A stretch of DNA of 61,686 nucleotides from Candidatus Omnitrophota bacterium (GCA_043823745.1 JBDRAN010000012.1:1-61686), one strand, 5' to 3'; positions 20,085-29,801 are shown, counted from the first letter of the stretch. Numbers and translations: made by a program. Notes: generated by a model not told the origin, from the sequence alone.

Positions 20085-20795
20085 TTAACTCTTTTCCCAG
20101 AAAAGTTCTCCGGAAGCGCTCACAACAAAAAGACGTACATATTGGGGCTTCCAAGATTCATTCTCTGACAAAAATGCGTCAAGTTCATTCTGCCCTTTGC
20201 CTCGTGGATACTTTAAATAATCATTAAAATACACCAACAACGCAGTCATATCTGGACGTTGCGTAACTTTTATCTTGCGATCTATCGCTTTTTGAATCAG
20301 GCCTATCTTTTCTAAAATCGATTTATTACCCTCTCCCGCTTCATCTTTAACAAGAATTTGCAACCCGGTCCTTTTAGTACCTACTTTTGTAACTTTGCCA
20401 ATCATAGTAACAGAACTATGTTCCAGAAAATATAACATTCTAAGATGTTCTTCTTCGTCTCTATCTGCTTGAGTTATTTCAATGTGTCTAGGGATAGAGT
20501 TATCACTGCTTTCCAATCTAACATCAAAGTTCTGATTACCTAAAACACAAGTGACTTTTACATCGCCCCATTCTTCGCTTTTACGTTGAGCCAAACGGTA
20601 AAAGGGAAATAATTCTTCGTAGAATTTTTTAGCGATCCCTGCGTGTAAAATGTTTTGCTTTTTTAACTCTTCCCTGTGTACTTTGGTACTGGCCAGTTTT
20701 TGATCAAACCATTCGATAAAATCTTTCAGAGTTCTTGACTGAGAGATTTCACTTTCACTTAAATAATTTTCTAGCTTCAAATTCATTCCTTCCAT
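20085..20795 (-). CDS. Hypothetical protein, possibly PD-(D/E)XK nuclease fold
   Basis: AT-rich ORF coupled (TAATG) to the upstream gene; NFDVRL...IEIT resembles a D..ExK/T motif. Confidence 0.6.
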   Translation of the reverse strand: MEGMNLKLENYLSESEISQSRTLKDFIEWFDQKLASTKVHREELKKQNILHAGIAKKFYEELFPFYRLAQRKSEEWGDVKVTCVLGNQNFDVRLESSDNSIPRHIEITQADRDEEEHLRMLYFLEHSSVTMIGKVTKVGTKRTGLQILVKDEAGEGNKSILEKIGLIQKAIDRKIKVTQRPDMTALLVYFNDYLKYPRGKGQNELDAFLSENESWKPQYVRLFVVSASGELFWEKS

Positions 20796-21247
20796 TAAAC
20801 CATCACTTCGGGCTTCCACTCTATAATTGGCTTGAAAGCATTCCATCTTACTTCCCCTGTTGTTTCAGGCCGATAATCTTTATTGGTTTCGATTTCAAAC
20901 GCTCCTCCAGGACAAATCATAACCCACAATTTCGGCATAAAAGGTGAAAAAATCTTGGCCCAACTCTTATAGCGGTTATTTGACCACAAAATTAATACTT
21001 CTTGACCTTGCTTAACCTTCTCAAAAGCCATGCATAAATGATCGTAGTCCTGTTTATGGAAAATAAGACCTGTAACAGGCTCAGCAAATTTTAAACATAT
21101 CATTGATAAAACAGCATAAGGATAATACTTGCGGCCCTTTATTTCGAATTCTTGGGTTTTATCAAAACGAAGGAATTTGGCTATTTTACAAAGAGCCCCG
21201 TCAATTTCAGCCCACGACTTATTGTTAATAAAATATTTCTGGGCCAT
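20795..21247 (-). CDS. Hypothetical protein
   Basis: Start MAQKY with GGGAG RBS; the ORF extension upstream runs through palindromic repeats. Confidence 0.6.
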   Translation of the reverse strand: MAQKYFINNKSWAEIDGALCKIAKFLRFDKTQEFEIKGRKYYPYAVLSMICLKFAEPVTGLIFHKQDYDHLCMAFEKVKQGQEVLILWSNNRYKSWAKIFSPFMPKLWVMICPGGAFEIETNKDYRPETTGEVRWNAFKPIIEWKPEVMV

Positions 21248-21409
21248 TTTTACTCCCTCGAGGGTTCGCGTCCACCAAATTTGCAGAGCAAATTTGGTGA
21301 GATCTCTCCAAAATTCAAAATTTTGGAGGATCCACAACCCGCCTTGCCGCTTTGCTTCAAGGCGAGGTCTCACCAGTCTCGCCAAGCTTTACTTGGCGGA
21401 CTAGGTGGA

Positions 21410-21664
21410 TTAGTGGGGATGTTGACTCAAAAACATTTCCTTTATTCTTCGCCGTCCAGTCGTCGACTTGTAAAATTTTTCTTTTTGTCTAGCTTCCTTA
21501 AGTGTTTCAAACTCTTCAATATGAATTACATTATACGGTCGATATGGTCGAGATGCTTTAACCCTGCCAGTATTGTGCAGTGCTAATCGTTTATTAACGT
21601 CATCTGCTACGCCCGTATACGTTCTCGTTTTTGCTTCATTGAGCAAGATATAAACATAATGCAT
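21410..21664 (-). CDS. Small GIY-YIG nuclease family protein
   Basis: MHYVYIL...TYTG.....RL..HN.G...YRP....E.F.....A...E...KS..GR. Confidence 0.9.
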   Translation of the reverse strand: MHYVYILLNEAKTRTYTGVADDVNKRLALHNTGRVKASRPYRPYNVIHIEEFETLKEARQKEKFYKSTTGRRRIKEMFLSQHPH

Positions 21665-21753
21665 AGTTGCGTCCATGCGGCGGATCCGCCTCACCAAATT
21701 TGTGAAACAAATTCGGTGGGCGAGATCTCGCCAAATTTTTGTTTTGCAAAATT

Positions 21754-21844
21754 TGGCGGAGGAGAGAGGATTTGAACCTCTGAGGGACACAAGGTCCCTA
21801 CTGGTTTTCGAGACCAGCGCATTCAACCACTCTGCCACTCCTCC
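21754..21844 (-). tRNA. tRNA-Ser(CGA)
   Basis: GGAGGAG acceptor, CTGGT-CTCGAAA-ACCAG anticodon arm, long variable arm, GTTCAAATC, GCCA end. Confidence 0.96.
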
Positions 21845-21951
21845 AGATAAAATTTTACGCAAAACGCAAAAGTCCAACGGTTTTTCCGCCATCTCGCCAC
21901 CTATGTGGCGGATGGCGAGACCTCGCCTAATCAAATATTATGGTGGCGGGC

Positions 21952-21986
21952 GAGACCGGCACATTCAACCACTCTGTCACCTCTCC
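21952..21986 (-). pseudogene. 5' half of a tRNA-Ser copy broken at the anticodon loop
   Basis: GGAGAGGTGACAGAGTGGTTGAATGTGCCGGTCTC parallels the 5' half of the intact tRNA-Ser and then runs into palindromes. Confidence 0.75.
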
Positions 21987-22080
21987 GGGGGTAGCTAGCC
22001 TTTAGCGATTAGCGTAGAGCGTAGAGGAAAAATAATAAAGAATGGATAATTTTAGATCCCCTTTTTCATTACTCCCTAAA

Positions 22081-22104
22081 CGGTGCGAAGCCTCCCCGAA
22101 GGGG
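22081..22104. repeat. REP-like element (family 2), inverted
   Basis: cggtgcgaagcctccccgaagggg is the reverse complement of 14450-14473. Confidence 0.7.
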
Positions 22105-22132
22105 GCTATCCGCTCTACGCTACACGCTTTCT

Positions 22133-23692
22133 TTACGATGTCAACCCTTGCGCAATGATATATTCTACAGGATTGTAGTCGTCTGTAAAGATGCTTGCCG
22201 TGTCCATATGTGAGGCATAGACGTGTGGCGCAATATAGGTTTCAAGGATTGCGCGCAGGGTGCCCTGAGCCTTACTCTTTTTCGTTTCAATATCGAGGCT
22301 CTTCTTGGTCGCGACGATAAGGACGTTTTGATATTGATCCGGGAAACCCGGTTCAACGCTGAATACATAGACGCCGGCAAATACCCGCGAGAGCGTTTTT
22401 ACGATTGAGCATAAGAGCCGTGACTTTTCCCCTTGGAGCGCGCTAATGATATTCATGATGTAGATGCCATCATCGGTAAGGTGTTCATTGACGGAGGCAA
22501 AGAATTCTTTTGTTACCAGATGCGCCGGGATGTTACGCTTGCCGTGGTAGGCGTCACCGAAGATAACGTCATAGTGGTTTGTGCTCATAGCCAGTTGTCT
22601 TCGCGCGTCACCGACCTGAATATTCATGGTAGGGTATTGGTCGGTGCGGAAAAAAGTTTTTCCGACACGAACTACTTCCGGATCGATTTCAAATACTTCT
22701 ACGTTGCTTTGAGGGTATTGAAGGGTAAAGAGCTCAGGAAGATAGAAGCTCCCTCCGCCTAAGACAAGAATGCGCGCTGGCGCTGTGTTTCGTAATTGCG
22801 CAAGCTGCCAGTAACGGTAATAGGCAAGTACCGGTTCCATGGAGTTTTCGAATTGGCCGCCTTCGGTGGTCGTGTCCAAGTGAAGCATCCGCGCTCCTCC
22901 CGCGTCCCAGAACCATTGCTTGATGACCGTAATGCGATGATAAAAATTGGTGTGCTGGTATAGTATATAAGGTTCCCGGGGGATAGCACCTGCGGCGTGA
23001 GCGACGTACGACGAAGCAAGAATAAGCGCTACAACGCTCACATGTATAATTTTAGTCTTTTTTTTTCCTGAGGAAAAAAGGTAAAGGATGAGGGCAAGAA
23101 TCGCAAGAAGTATCCCGCTTAAGGTAAAGATGGCCCGTATTCCAAGAAGCGGAATAAGAAAGAATCCGGTTGCAAATGTGCCGGTGACACTGCCTAAGAC
23201 GGAAAGCATCCCTATAAAACCGGCGGCGATTCCAACATGCCGGTCGCCGCTTGCGGCGCTGGCAAGCCGTATAGCAAACGGCGTTACCGTGCCCAGGAAG
23301 AAAGCGGGCATGGCAAAGAAAATAAGCGATGCTAGTGCCGGTCCCCAGATAATGCTTGTCCCGATAAGCAGGGGTTCTGTCACGCGGTAGAGAAGAGGTG
23401 CGATAAAGGCAAAGAGGGATGACGCAAGAAGCAGGTTCCCGAGGATAATAAAGGAAGGCTTCTTATCCGCAAGCCACCCGCCGAAATAGTACCCGGCACT
23501 CATTGCCGCAAGAATGATCCCAATGAGGCCGGTCCAGGTGTAGAGGGTGTTGCCAAACAGAGGAGCCAGCAGGCGGTTTCCGGCAAGTTCAATCACCATG
23601 GTGATTGCGCCGGCGCAAAACGTAATCGTTGCGAGTAATATGTTAACTTTTACAACATTGTTTTTGGAGGTAGGCTTTTTTTCTGGTTGCAT
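22133..23692 (-). CDS. Fused MFS-like membrane domain / spermidine synthase-like methyltransferase
   Basis: ELAGNRLLAPLFGNTLYTW N-domain; LVLGGG, EIDPEV, GDAR, FGDAY, FTDDYNPVE. Confidence 0.9.
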   Translation of the reverse strand: MQPEKKPTSKNNVVKVNILLATITFCAGAITMVIELAGNRLLAPLFGNTLYTWTGLIGIILAAMSAGYYFGGWLADKKPSFIILGNLLLASSLFAFIAPLLYRVTEPLLIGTSIIWGPALASLIFFAMPAFFLGTVTPFAIRLASAASGDRHVGIAAGFIGMLSVLGSVTGTFATGFFLIPLLGIRAIFTLSGILLAILALILYLFSSGKKKTKIIHVSVVALILASSYVAHAAGAIPREPYILYQHTNFYHRITVIKQWFWDAGGARMLHLDTTTEGGQFENSMEPVLAYYRYWQLAQLRNTAPARILVLGGGSFYLPELFTLQYPQSNVEVFEIDPEVVRVGKTFFRTDQYPTMNIQVGDARRQLAMSTNHYDVIFGDAYHGKRNIPAHLVTKEFFASVNEHLTDDGIYIMNIISALQGEKSRLLCSIVKTLSRVFAGVYVFSVEPGFPDQYQNVLIVATKKSLDIETKKSKAQGTLRAILETYIAPHVYASHMDTASIFTDDYNPVEYIIAQGLTS

Positions 23693-23870
23693 GGTTTGCC
23701 ACGAATGATATTAGTGAAAGCTTAGATTTAAGGGTTCATACATGTAAGAAATACGAGGGGGACTTGAAACAAATCTCGCCGAAGGCGAGCTTCTTAGTAT
23801 TTGTTCCAAGACCACTCTCGTACAAAATAAAGTTATCGTTGGCGCGTAAAACTTTTAGAACGAGCAAAAA

Positions 23871-23952
23871 TGCGCGGAGGGGGACTTGAACCCCCACGGA
23901 GTTACCCATACGCTTCTGAGACGTATGCGTCTGCCAATTCCGCCACCCGCGC
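23871..23952 (-). tRNA. tRNA-Leu(CAG)
   Basis: GCGCGGG..GGAATTGGCAGAC, TACGT-CTCAGAA-GCGTA, GTTCAAGTC; CCA not encoded. Confidence 0.95.
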
Positions 23953-24176
23953 GAAAAGTTATCTTCAAGAATCGCCTATCGCTTTCTTTGATGGTTTCTC
24001 ACGCTCACAAGGCAGTGCGGGATGGGCGCATTAAAAAATGTTGCTTCGCAACTGTCCATACCGCTACTTACGCAAAAAGTTCTCAAAGGCTTTGCGTTTT
24101 CGCTTCTGTAACCCCTATATATTAACTATATTTTATTATCTTTGTCAACTAAATATGCTATGTTATAATTCTTTTC

Positions 24177-25121
24177 GTGATTCTTATATCGCTTGCCATT
24201 ATTAAACTTACGGTGATCGCGGCGCTGGGATACTACCTTTTCAAAAAAAAGGTTATCGATGAAAAAGTGCTTAATTTTCTGGTCTTTTTCGTCATTAATA
24301 TCACGATTCCCTTTATGGCGTTTTCCCGTATCATCGGAAGTCACGATATTGCGCGTAAACCGCCGTTGGTGTTTTTATTCTTAAGTACCTGCATATTTCT
24401 TGTAAGCGCCGGCCTTGCGTTTCTTTTTTCCTTTTGGCGCAGCCACGCTCTTAAGCGAGAGTTTATCAGTATCGTAAGTTTTCAGAATTGCGGGTATCTG
24501 CCGCTTAATATCGCCTTATTTCTTTTTCCTCCCCTTATGCGCGAGGAGTTTATTGTTTATGTGTTTTTGTATATTTTGGGGTTTGACATTATCTTGTGGT
24601 CGGTGGGAAGTTATTTTATTTTCAGGCGCAAAGGAGAGGCATTTAAAGGCCGCTCCCTGCTGACCCCGCCGATCGCAAGCACCCTTGCGGCGCTTTTCCT
24701 GGTATACACCAATACGGGGCGTTTTATCCCCCCGGTGATTATTGCTCCCATGAAAATGATCGGTGATGTTAGTTTTGTGCTTTCCATGATAATTCTTGGG
24801 TGTTGGCTGGCCAAAATAGATCTGGCGCGGTTTTATACCAGGTTGTTCATCGTAATCGAAGCGAGCTTTCTTAAGCTGGTTGCAGTGCCGCTTGCGTGCC
24901 TGTTTCTGGTGGTGCACTACGATATATCGGGATTGTTCGGTTTTTTTATTGTGTTGCAGGCCTCGATGCCTTCGGCGGTAACCCTGCCGATCGTGGTTAA
25001 CTTGCGTAGCGCTGATAGTGAGTTTGTTTCGCAAGGGGTTTTTCTTACCCATATCGCCAGCATCATAACAGTGCCGGTGTGGCTTGGGTTATATATGAGA
25101 TTGACCGGGTTTAGGTTTTAG
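24177..25121 (+). CDS. AEC (auxin efflux carrier-like) family transporter
   Basis: About 10 TM segments; FQNCGYLPL and QASMPSA motifs. Confidence 0.9.
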   Translation: MILISLAIIKLTVIAALGYYLFKKKVIDEKVLNFLVFFVINITIPFMAFSRIIGSHDIARKPPLVFLFLSTCIFLVSAGLAFLFSFWRSHALKREFISIVSFQNCGYLPLNIALFLFPPLMREEFIVYVFLYILGFDIILWSVGSYFIFRRKGEAFKGRSLLTPPIASTLAALFLVYTNTGRFIPPVIIAPMKMIGDVSFVLSMIILGCWLAKIDLARFYTRLFIVIEASFLKLVAVPLACLFLVVHYDISGLFGFFIVLQASMPSAVTLPIVVNLRSADSEFVSQGVFLTHIASIITVPVWLGLYMRLTGFRF

Positions 25122-25272
25122 CAACGCTGATTACCGCGAATAGGAAACGCTAATTTTCGCGAATATAGAGAGACATAAATCAGTTTGCGCTATGATTGGA
25201 ATGATTAGAAGGTTTATAATCACTGAAATCTTTCTTTAATCTCTGGAATCACTCTAAAGAGCGTGGGTAAAA

Positions 25273-25758
25273 ATGAGTACCGACAAAAAAGATACGGCAT
25301 ATAAACTGGTGGCAACTAATCGAAAAGCGCGCCACGCCTATCATATTATGGAGTCGCATGAAGCGGGGATCGTCCTTGAGGGAAGCGAGGTGAAATCATT
25401 GCGCAGCAAGGGGTGCTCGCTCGATGAAAGTTTCGGCCGTCTTGAGCGCGGCGAAGTGTATGTGTACGGTATGCATATCCCTGAGTTTTCCCGGAGCCCC
25501 TATTTTAAGCCCGATTCACGCCGGATCCGTAAATTGTTGTTACATAAAAAAGAGATCCAGCGTATTATCGGTTTCACGACCCAGAAAGGGTTTACCATTA
25601 TTCCGCTCCAAGTATATTTTAATGAGCGTGGTATCGTTAAAGTGGAAATAGCGCTTGCCAAAGGAAGATTATTGTTTGATAAGCGGCGCAAAATAAAAGA
25701 AGAGATCGCCGATCGTGAGGCAGACCGGGAATTGAAGAGATACCATAAGGGAAGATGA
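25273..25758 (+). CDS. smpB: SsrA-binding protein
   Basis: NRKARHAY, EAGIVLEGSEVKSLR, RKLLLHKKEI, DKR. Confidence 0.97.
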   Translation: MSTDKKDTAYKLVATNRKARHAYHIMESHEAGIVLEGSEVKSLRSKGCSLDESFGRLERGEVYVYGMHIPEFSRSPYFKPDSRRIRKLLLHKKEIQRIIGFTTQKGFTIIPLQVYFNERGIVKVEIALAKGRLLFDKRRKIKEEIADREADRELKRYHKGR

Positions 25759-25921
25759 TCGATGTTGTGCAACAGCCGGCGCTTAACACCCGGCGTCTAA
25801 TGGAATTACGCCGGTGTGCGCTTGCTGCGCAAGGAATTACGTCGGTGTTGCCCTTCTAGGTTTTACACCCGGCGCTTAAAGGTATGGCGCCGGTATCGCC
25901 CTTCTGGGCGAGGAGGATTGC

Positions 25922-26692
25922 ATGAGTGACATACTGCAGGTGAGTATTGATGCGGCGCAGCGCGCGGGTAAATATCTTTTTGATAATTTCGGTAATATCA
26001 GCACCATCGAGAGCAAAGGCGATCGTAATCTTGCGACGAATATCGACAAGGAAGCGGAGCGTATCATTGTTGATAAAATAAAATCGGCGTTTCCTACGCA
26101 CGGGATCCTTGCGGAGGAAGGCAGTAATTCGCAGCTTGAGAGCGAATACGTGTGGGTTATCGACCCGCTTGACGGGACACACAACTTTATACGCGGCATC
26201 AATATTTTTGGCGTTTCCATAGGGGTTGTGCGCAATAATGTGTTTATTGCCGGCGTTATTTATATGCCGGTAACGGATGAGCTCTACGTTGCCGAACGCG
26301 GCGGCGGCGCTTATAAAAATGATAAAAAAATTAAAGTATCGAGTGCGCGTAATTTAAAAGAATGTTCCATCTCTTTTGATTCCAGTATCAGGTACGCACC
26401 GTCTGTTATGCTCAAGGCGCTCGGCGAGCTTGCCGGCAGCGTATTTAACATCCGTATGTTTGGCTCCTCCGTGCGCGCGCTTTCGTATATCGCGGAGGGA
26501 ACGCTTGATTTTTCAGTAGAATATTTTGATCATCCCTGGGATTTTTCCGGGGGGGTATGCATCATCGAAGAAGCAGGGGGAATGCTCACGACCCTACGGG
26601 GCGAGTCCCTTTCCTACCGGGATATAGGATATATTGCATCCAACGGGCATATGCATGAAGAAGTCGGCAGTTTGATTAAGGCATGTTTTTAG
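25922..26692 (+). CDS. Inositol monophosphatase family protein (SuhB-like)
   Basis: AEEG, WVIDPLDGTHNF, PWDFSGG. Confidence 0.93.
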   Translation: MSDILQVSIDAAQRAGKYLFDNFGNISTIESKGDRNLATNIDKEAERIIVDKIKSAFPTHGILAEEGSNSQLESEYVWVIDPLDGTHNFIRGINIFGVSIGVVRNNVFIAGVIYMPVTDELYVAERGGGAYKNDKKIKVSSARNLKECSISFDSSIRYAPSVMLKALGELAGSVFNIRMFGSSVRALSYIAEGTLDFSVEYFDHPWDFSGGVCIIEEAGGMLTTLRGESLSYRDIGYIASNGHMHEEVGSLIKACF

Positions 26693-26730
26693 TTTGCTCT
26701 ATGCACGGGAGCAATGTGTATCGATAGGCC

Positions 26731-28350
26731 ATGAAATTTTCTCTTGGATATAATCACGATATCGGAATGGTGGCGCTTCTTGAGCGCTACCGCGCGCATA
26801 TCGAAGCGCTTTATTTCCCGGCGCCGGGGCGCCTTATCGGCTCCGGCAGGCACCTTGATCAGGATAATCGTTATGAAACGCAAATCCCCGAGCTTATCGC
26901 GGCATGTCAAAAACTCGATATCCGCAGTCAGCTTCTTTTGAACGCAACATGCGAGGGCCGTGATGGCCTGGCCAAGAATTTTTTTTCTCCCCTCGTTACG
27001 TACGTTAAGGATTTACGTGACCGGGGGCTTACCACTATTGTGGTTACCAACCCTCTCTATATCGAGCAATTCAAAAAGTGTATTCCCGGATTAGTTGTTG
27101 AGGCGTCGGTCAACTGTTATATGCGTACGCCGGAGCACGCTGTTTATCTTAAAAATTTAGGCGCAGACATCCTTACGATTGACCGGGATATTAATCGGGA
27201 TATTTCTCTTATTCGAAAGATAAAAGAGGCCACCGGGTTGCCCTTGCGTCTGATGCTTAACGAAGGGTGCGTGCGTAACTGTCCTTTTCGTAATCTTCAT
27301 TATAACTATATCGCGCATGGAGGAATACCTCCGCATGAGGCGCTTAGGGGTATTTGTCTTGATAAATTTTGCATGAAGATATACCGGAAGAATCCGGAAA
27401 AAATATTCGCTATTCCTTTTGTGCTCCCCGAAGATGTCAGGCGTTACAAAGGGCTGGTTGATTTTTATAAACTTACGACCAGGATTTTTTCTACCAAGCA
27501 GCTTGAAGCATGTCTTAAGGCGTATATTTCCGGCACGTTCACAGGGAACCTGCTTACGATTATTGATAGTCCCGGCTTGGCTGCGTTTGAATATGTTGAT
27601 AGCGCGTACCTTGTAAAGAAGAAATTTTTCAAACGAATGCTTTCCTGCGATGGCGTCTGCCGCCGGTGCGGGTATTGCGCGCGGCTTCTTTCACGGGCGG
27701 CAGTTCTTAATCGTGAATATCTCCCAGAAACGGTCCGCGCGTCTCAGGCGCTTCAGGCGATACAGGTTTATCGAAGAGCTCGTAAGTCACAAGGCTTCGA
27801 TAGCGCATTGCAGATAAACGTAGGCAGAGCCTCTATGGACGCGGGGCTCTACAAAAAGGCGATACGAGCGTTTAAGAATGTTATTGTGCGTAATCCCGGC
27901 GAGGCCGAGGCGTATCTTCTTTTAAGTTCCTGTTACGAGAAGAGTGCTCAAATCAAGGAGGCATTTCGGGTGTATCATGAGGCGCTTAAGCGTTTACCGC
28001 AGGCCCGGCCGCTTTATGTGGGGCTCGCGCGCCTTTATTTTGCCATGCGGGATTATGATGCCGTTATAAAAAATATTCAGAGAGCGCTTGATATTCCGGG
28101 CCAGGAGCATATACCCCGGTTATATTTTATGCTCGGTATTTCCTATCAGAAGACGCGGTGCTACAAAAAAGCTCTGCGATTTTTTAACAAGCTGCAGAAA
28201 TATCCACCGGTTGACCCCGAAGTTTACGCTCATCTTTCGCAGTGTTATCGCGCGCTCGGAGAGGTTAGGCGCGCAAAAGATACGCTTGCGCGTGGGTCGG
28301 CATTGCGCGACAATAACGAGACATCTGCGTTGACGCGGCACGCCGCATGA
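26731..28350 (+). CDS. Peptidase U32-family (Fe-S) protein with C-terminal TPR repeats
   Basis: GSGR, LLNATC, EASVN, DRDINRD, NEGCxxxCP..xH, PED, CxxxCxxCxxC; TPR-like helices in the last ~190 aa. Confidence 0.8.
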   Translation: MKFSLGYNHDIGMVALLERYRAHIEALYFPAPGRLIGSGRHLDQDNRYETQIPELIAACQKLDIRSQLLLNATCEGRDGLAKNFFSPLVTYVKDLRDRGLTTIVVTNPLYIEQFKKCIPGLVVEASVNCYMRTPEHAVYLKNLGADILTIDRDINRDISLIRKIKEATGLPLRLMLNEGCVRNCPFRNLHYNYIAHGGIPPHEALRGICLDKFCMKIYRKNPEKIFAIPFVLPEDVRRYKGLVDFYKLTTRIFSTKQLEACLKAYISGTFTGNLLTIIDSPGLAAFEYVDSAYLVKKKFFKRMLSCDGVCRRCGYCARLLSRAAVLNREYLPETVRASQALQAIQVYRRARKSQGFDSALQINVGRASMDAGLYKKAIRAFKNVIVRNPGEAEAYLLLSSCYEKSAQIKEAFRVYHEALKRLPQARPLYVGLARLYFAMRDYDAVIKNIQRALDIPGQEHIPRLYFMLGISYQKTRCYKKALRFFNKLQKYPPVDPEVYAHLSQCYRALGEVRRAKDTLARGSALRDNNETSALTRHAA

Positions 28351-28445
28351 GGGTGACGCATGTTGCGAGAAAATATGTGTACGAGTGTTCTTGATTCCAT
28401 GTTTGTGTGTGGTATGATACAATTGAATGGGTTCAAGGAGGTGCT

Positions 28446-29210
28446 ATGAGAGTGATAGGTTTTTTTATCGTTTGCATCTTAAGTATCGGAAGCGCTTTTT
28501 TTTGTTTTGCAGAGTGTTCTGGTGGCGGATGCGTTGAAAGCGCCGCGGATGAGTGGGTCTTCAACGAAACAAATGCTTATTGTAATGTTTTACCCCGGCC
28601 GGCAGCGAGTTGGTTCGCGAAAGCAGGGGTCAGCGAAGCTTCGCTTCGTTGGGATTTATCTAATTTTTACGATGGTAACTTCTTTCTTTTGAGTAAGCTC
28701 CGGGCAGGGATTGCGTCAGGAGAGGCATTGACCGGAACTCCCCAGGAGCGCGCGCAGTGGCAGCAGGTGATTCAGCAGGCGCAGGTATTACCGTTTCCCT
28801 GGAGGACCGCGGGTATTGCCCGGCTTTCAGGCGGCCGAGCCCGTCTTGTTACTGATGAGGATGGGTTTGCCTCAATTGGACAGGAGCTGATTCTTAAAAA
28901 TAAATACAGTGTTCTTTTGACTTTTAACTATACTGCCGTTCAGGCAAGCAGTAATGATATGCTTGAGGTGGTGGCTATTTTTCCGCCTGCCGTAGGAGAA
29001 ACGGGTGTATCAGAGGAAGTCATTCTTAGTTCGCATCGCTTGGCCCGGCTTTCCGAGCTTGAAGAGGTGTCGATACCGGTTTTTAAAAATAAGAGTTTCG
29101 AGAGAGCGTTTGGCTCGGCCGGAACACGTCGGGTGGAGATCGCCGTGCGGATTAAAGGAAATGCTCAAAAGGCCGCCACCGTTGATTTCGGTAATTTTAG
29201 TATAGCGTAG
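28446..29210 (+). CDS. Secreted hypothetical protein, paralog of 36114-36797
   Basis: GGAGG RBS, signal peptide; PWRTAG, ASIGQELIL and ATVDFG align with PWRARG, ASLSQDIKL and ATVRLD. Confidence 0.7.
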   Translation: MRVIGFFIVCILSIGSAFFCFAECSGGGCVESAADEWVFNETNAYCNVLPRPAASWFAKAGVSEASLRWDLSNFYDGNFFLLSKLRAGIASGEALTGTPQERAQWQQVIQQAQVLPFPWRTAGIARLSGGRARLVTDEDGFASIGQELILKNKYSVLLTFNYTAVQASSNDMLEVVAIFPPAVGETGVSEEVILSSHRLARLSELEEVSIPVFKNKSFERAFGSAGTRRVEIAVRIKGNAQKAATVDFGNFSIA

Positions 29211-29331
29211 GAGTATCCGTATCTCGCGCACCGGGGAAATAAAAATAATTGACTCTATGCTCGGAGGGTGTACAATAACAGTGATGTTTTCGGGTGGTAT
29301 AATCAATAATGATATTAAAAAAGGAGGAGAA

Positions 29332-29787
29332 ATGAGAAGCTGGTATTTTAGATTGGGGCTCATTTTCCTAGTAACCGCTAGCTTTAGTGGTGTGGTGGCT
29401 GCGGCAAGCGAAACGATTACGATAAGCACGTATTATCCTGCCCCCTTCGGTGTATATAAGCAGATGAAAGTTATGCCTACCCAGACTGCATATATGGTTC
29501 TTGGGGATGACCCGAATAATTCGCGTAATCCTGTCATAAGCCTTGTTGACGCGGATGCAACGGCGGCCGCCGGGGCGGGTACGTTACGCCCCTCGATTAC
29601 GTTTCAGAATTCCGTATCTACCGCCGCTGTTGATTTTCGTATTGCACAATTCGGTGATAATGATTTACGTATTATCGGAGGAACGACTACCTTCGTGAAT
29701 AATGGGGGTAATTACGGAAGGATTAGAGCGGGCGAACTTTGGATTTGCAGCGGTCTTGCTACCCCCACCAACATTGTTCCTGATTGA
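29332..29787 (+). CDS. Secreted 'TISTYYPAP' motif protein, paralog of 36886-37302
   Basis: AGGAGG RBS, signal peptide, ETITISTYYPAPFGVYKQM, GDNDLRIIGGTTTF. Confidence 0.75.
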   Translation: MRSWYFRLGLIFLVTASFSGVVAAASETITISTYYPAPFGVYKQMKVMPTQTAYMVLGDDPNNSRNPVISLVDADATAAAGAGTLRPSITFQNSVSTAAVDFRIAQFGDNDLRIIGGTTTFVNNGGNYGRIRAGELWICSGLATPTNIVPD

Positions 29788-29801
29788 CGAGTGGATATAT
29801 C

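Noticed and set aside
21665-21934. N-terminal extension of the 174-aa GIY-YIG ORF
   Set aside because: It runs through tRNA-Ser and palindromes; the nuclease domain starts at MHYVY (21664).
25770-25910. tmRNA (ssrA) next to smpB
   Set aside because: Only short GC-rich repeats (acacccggcg, ggaattacg.cggtgt) are present, with no tRNA-Ala-like ends or tag frame.
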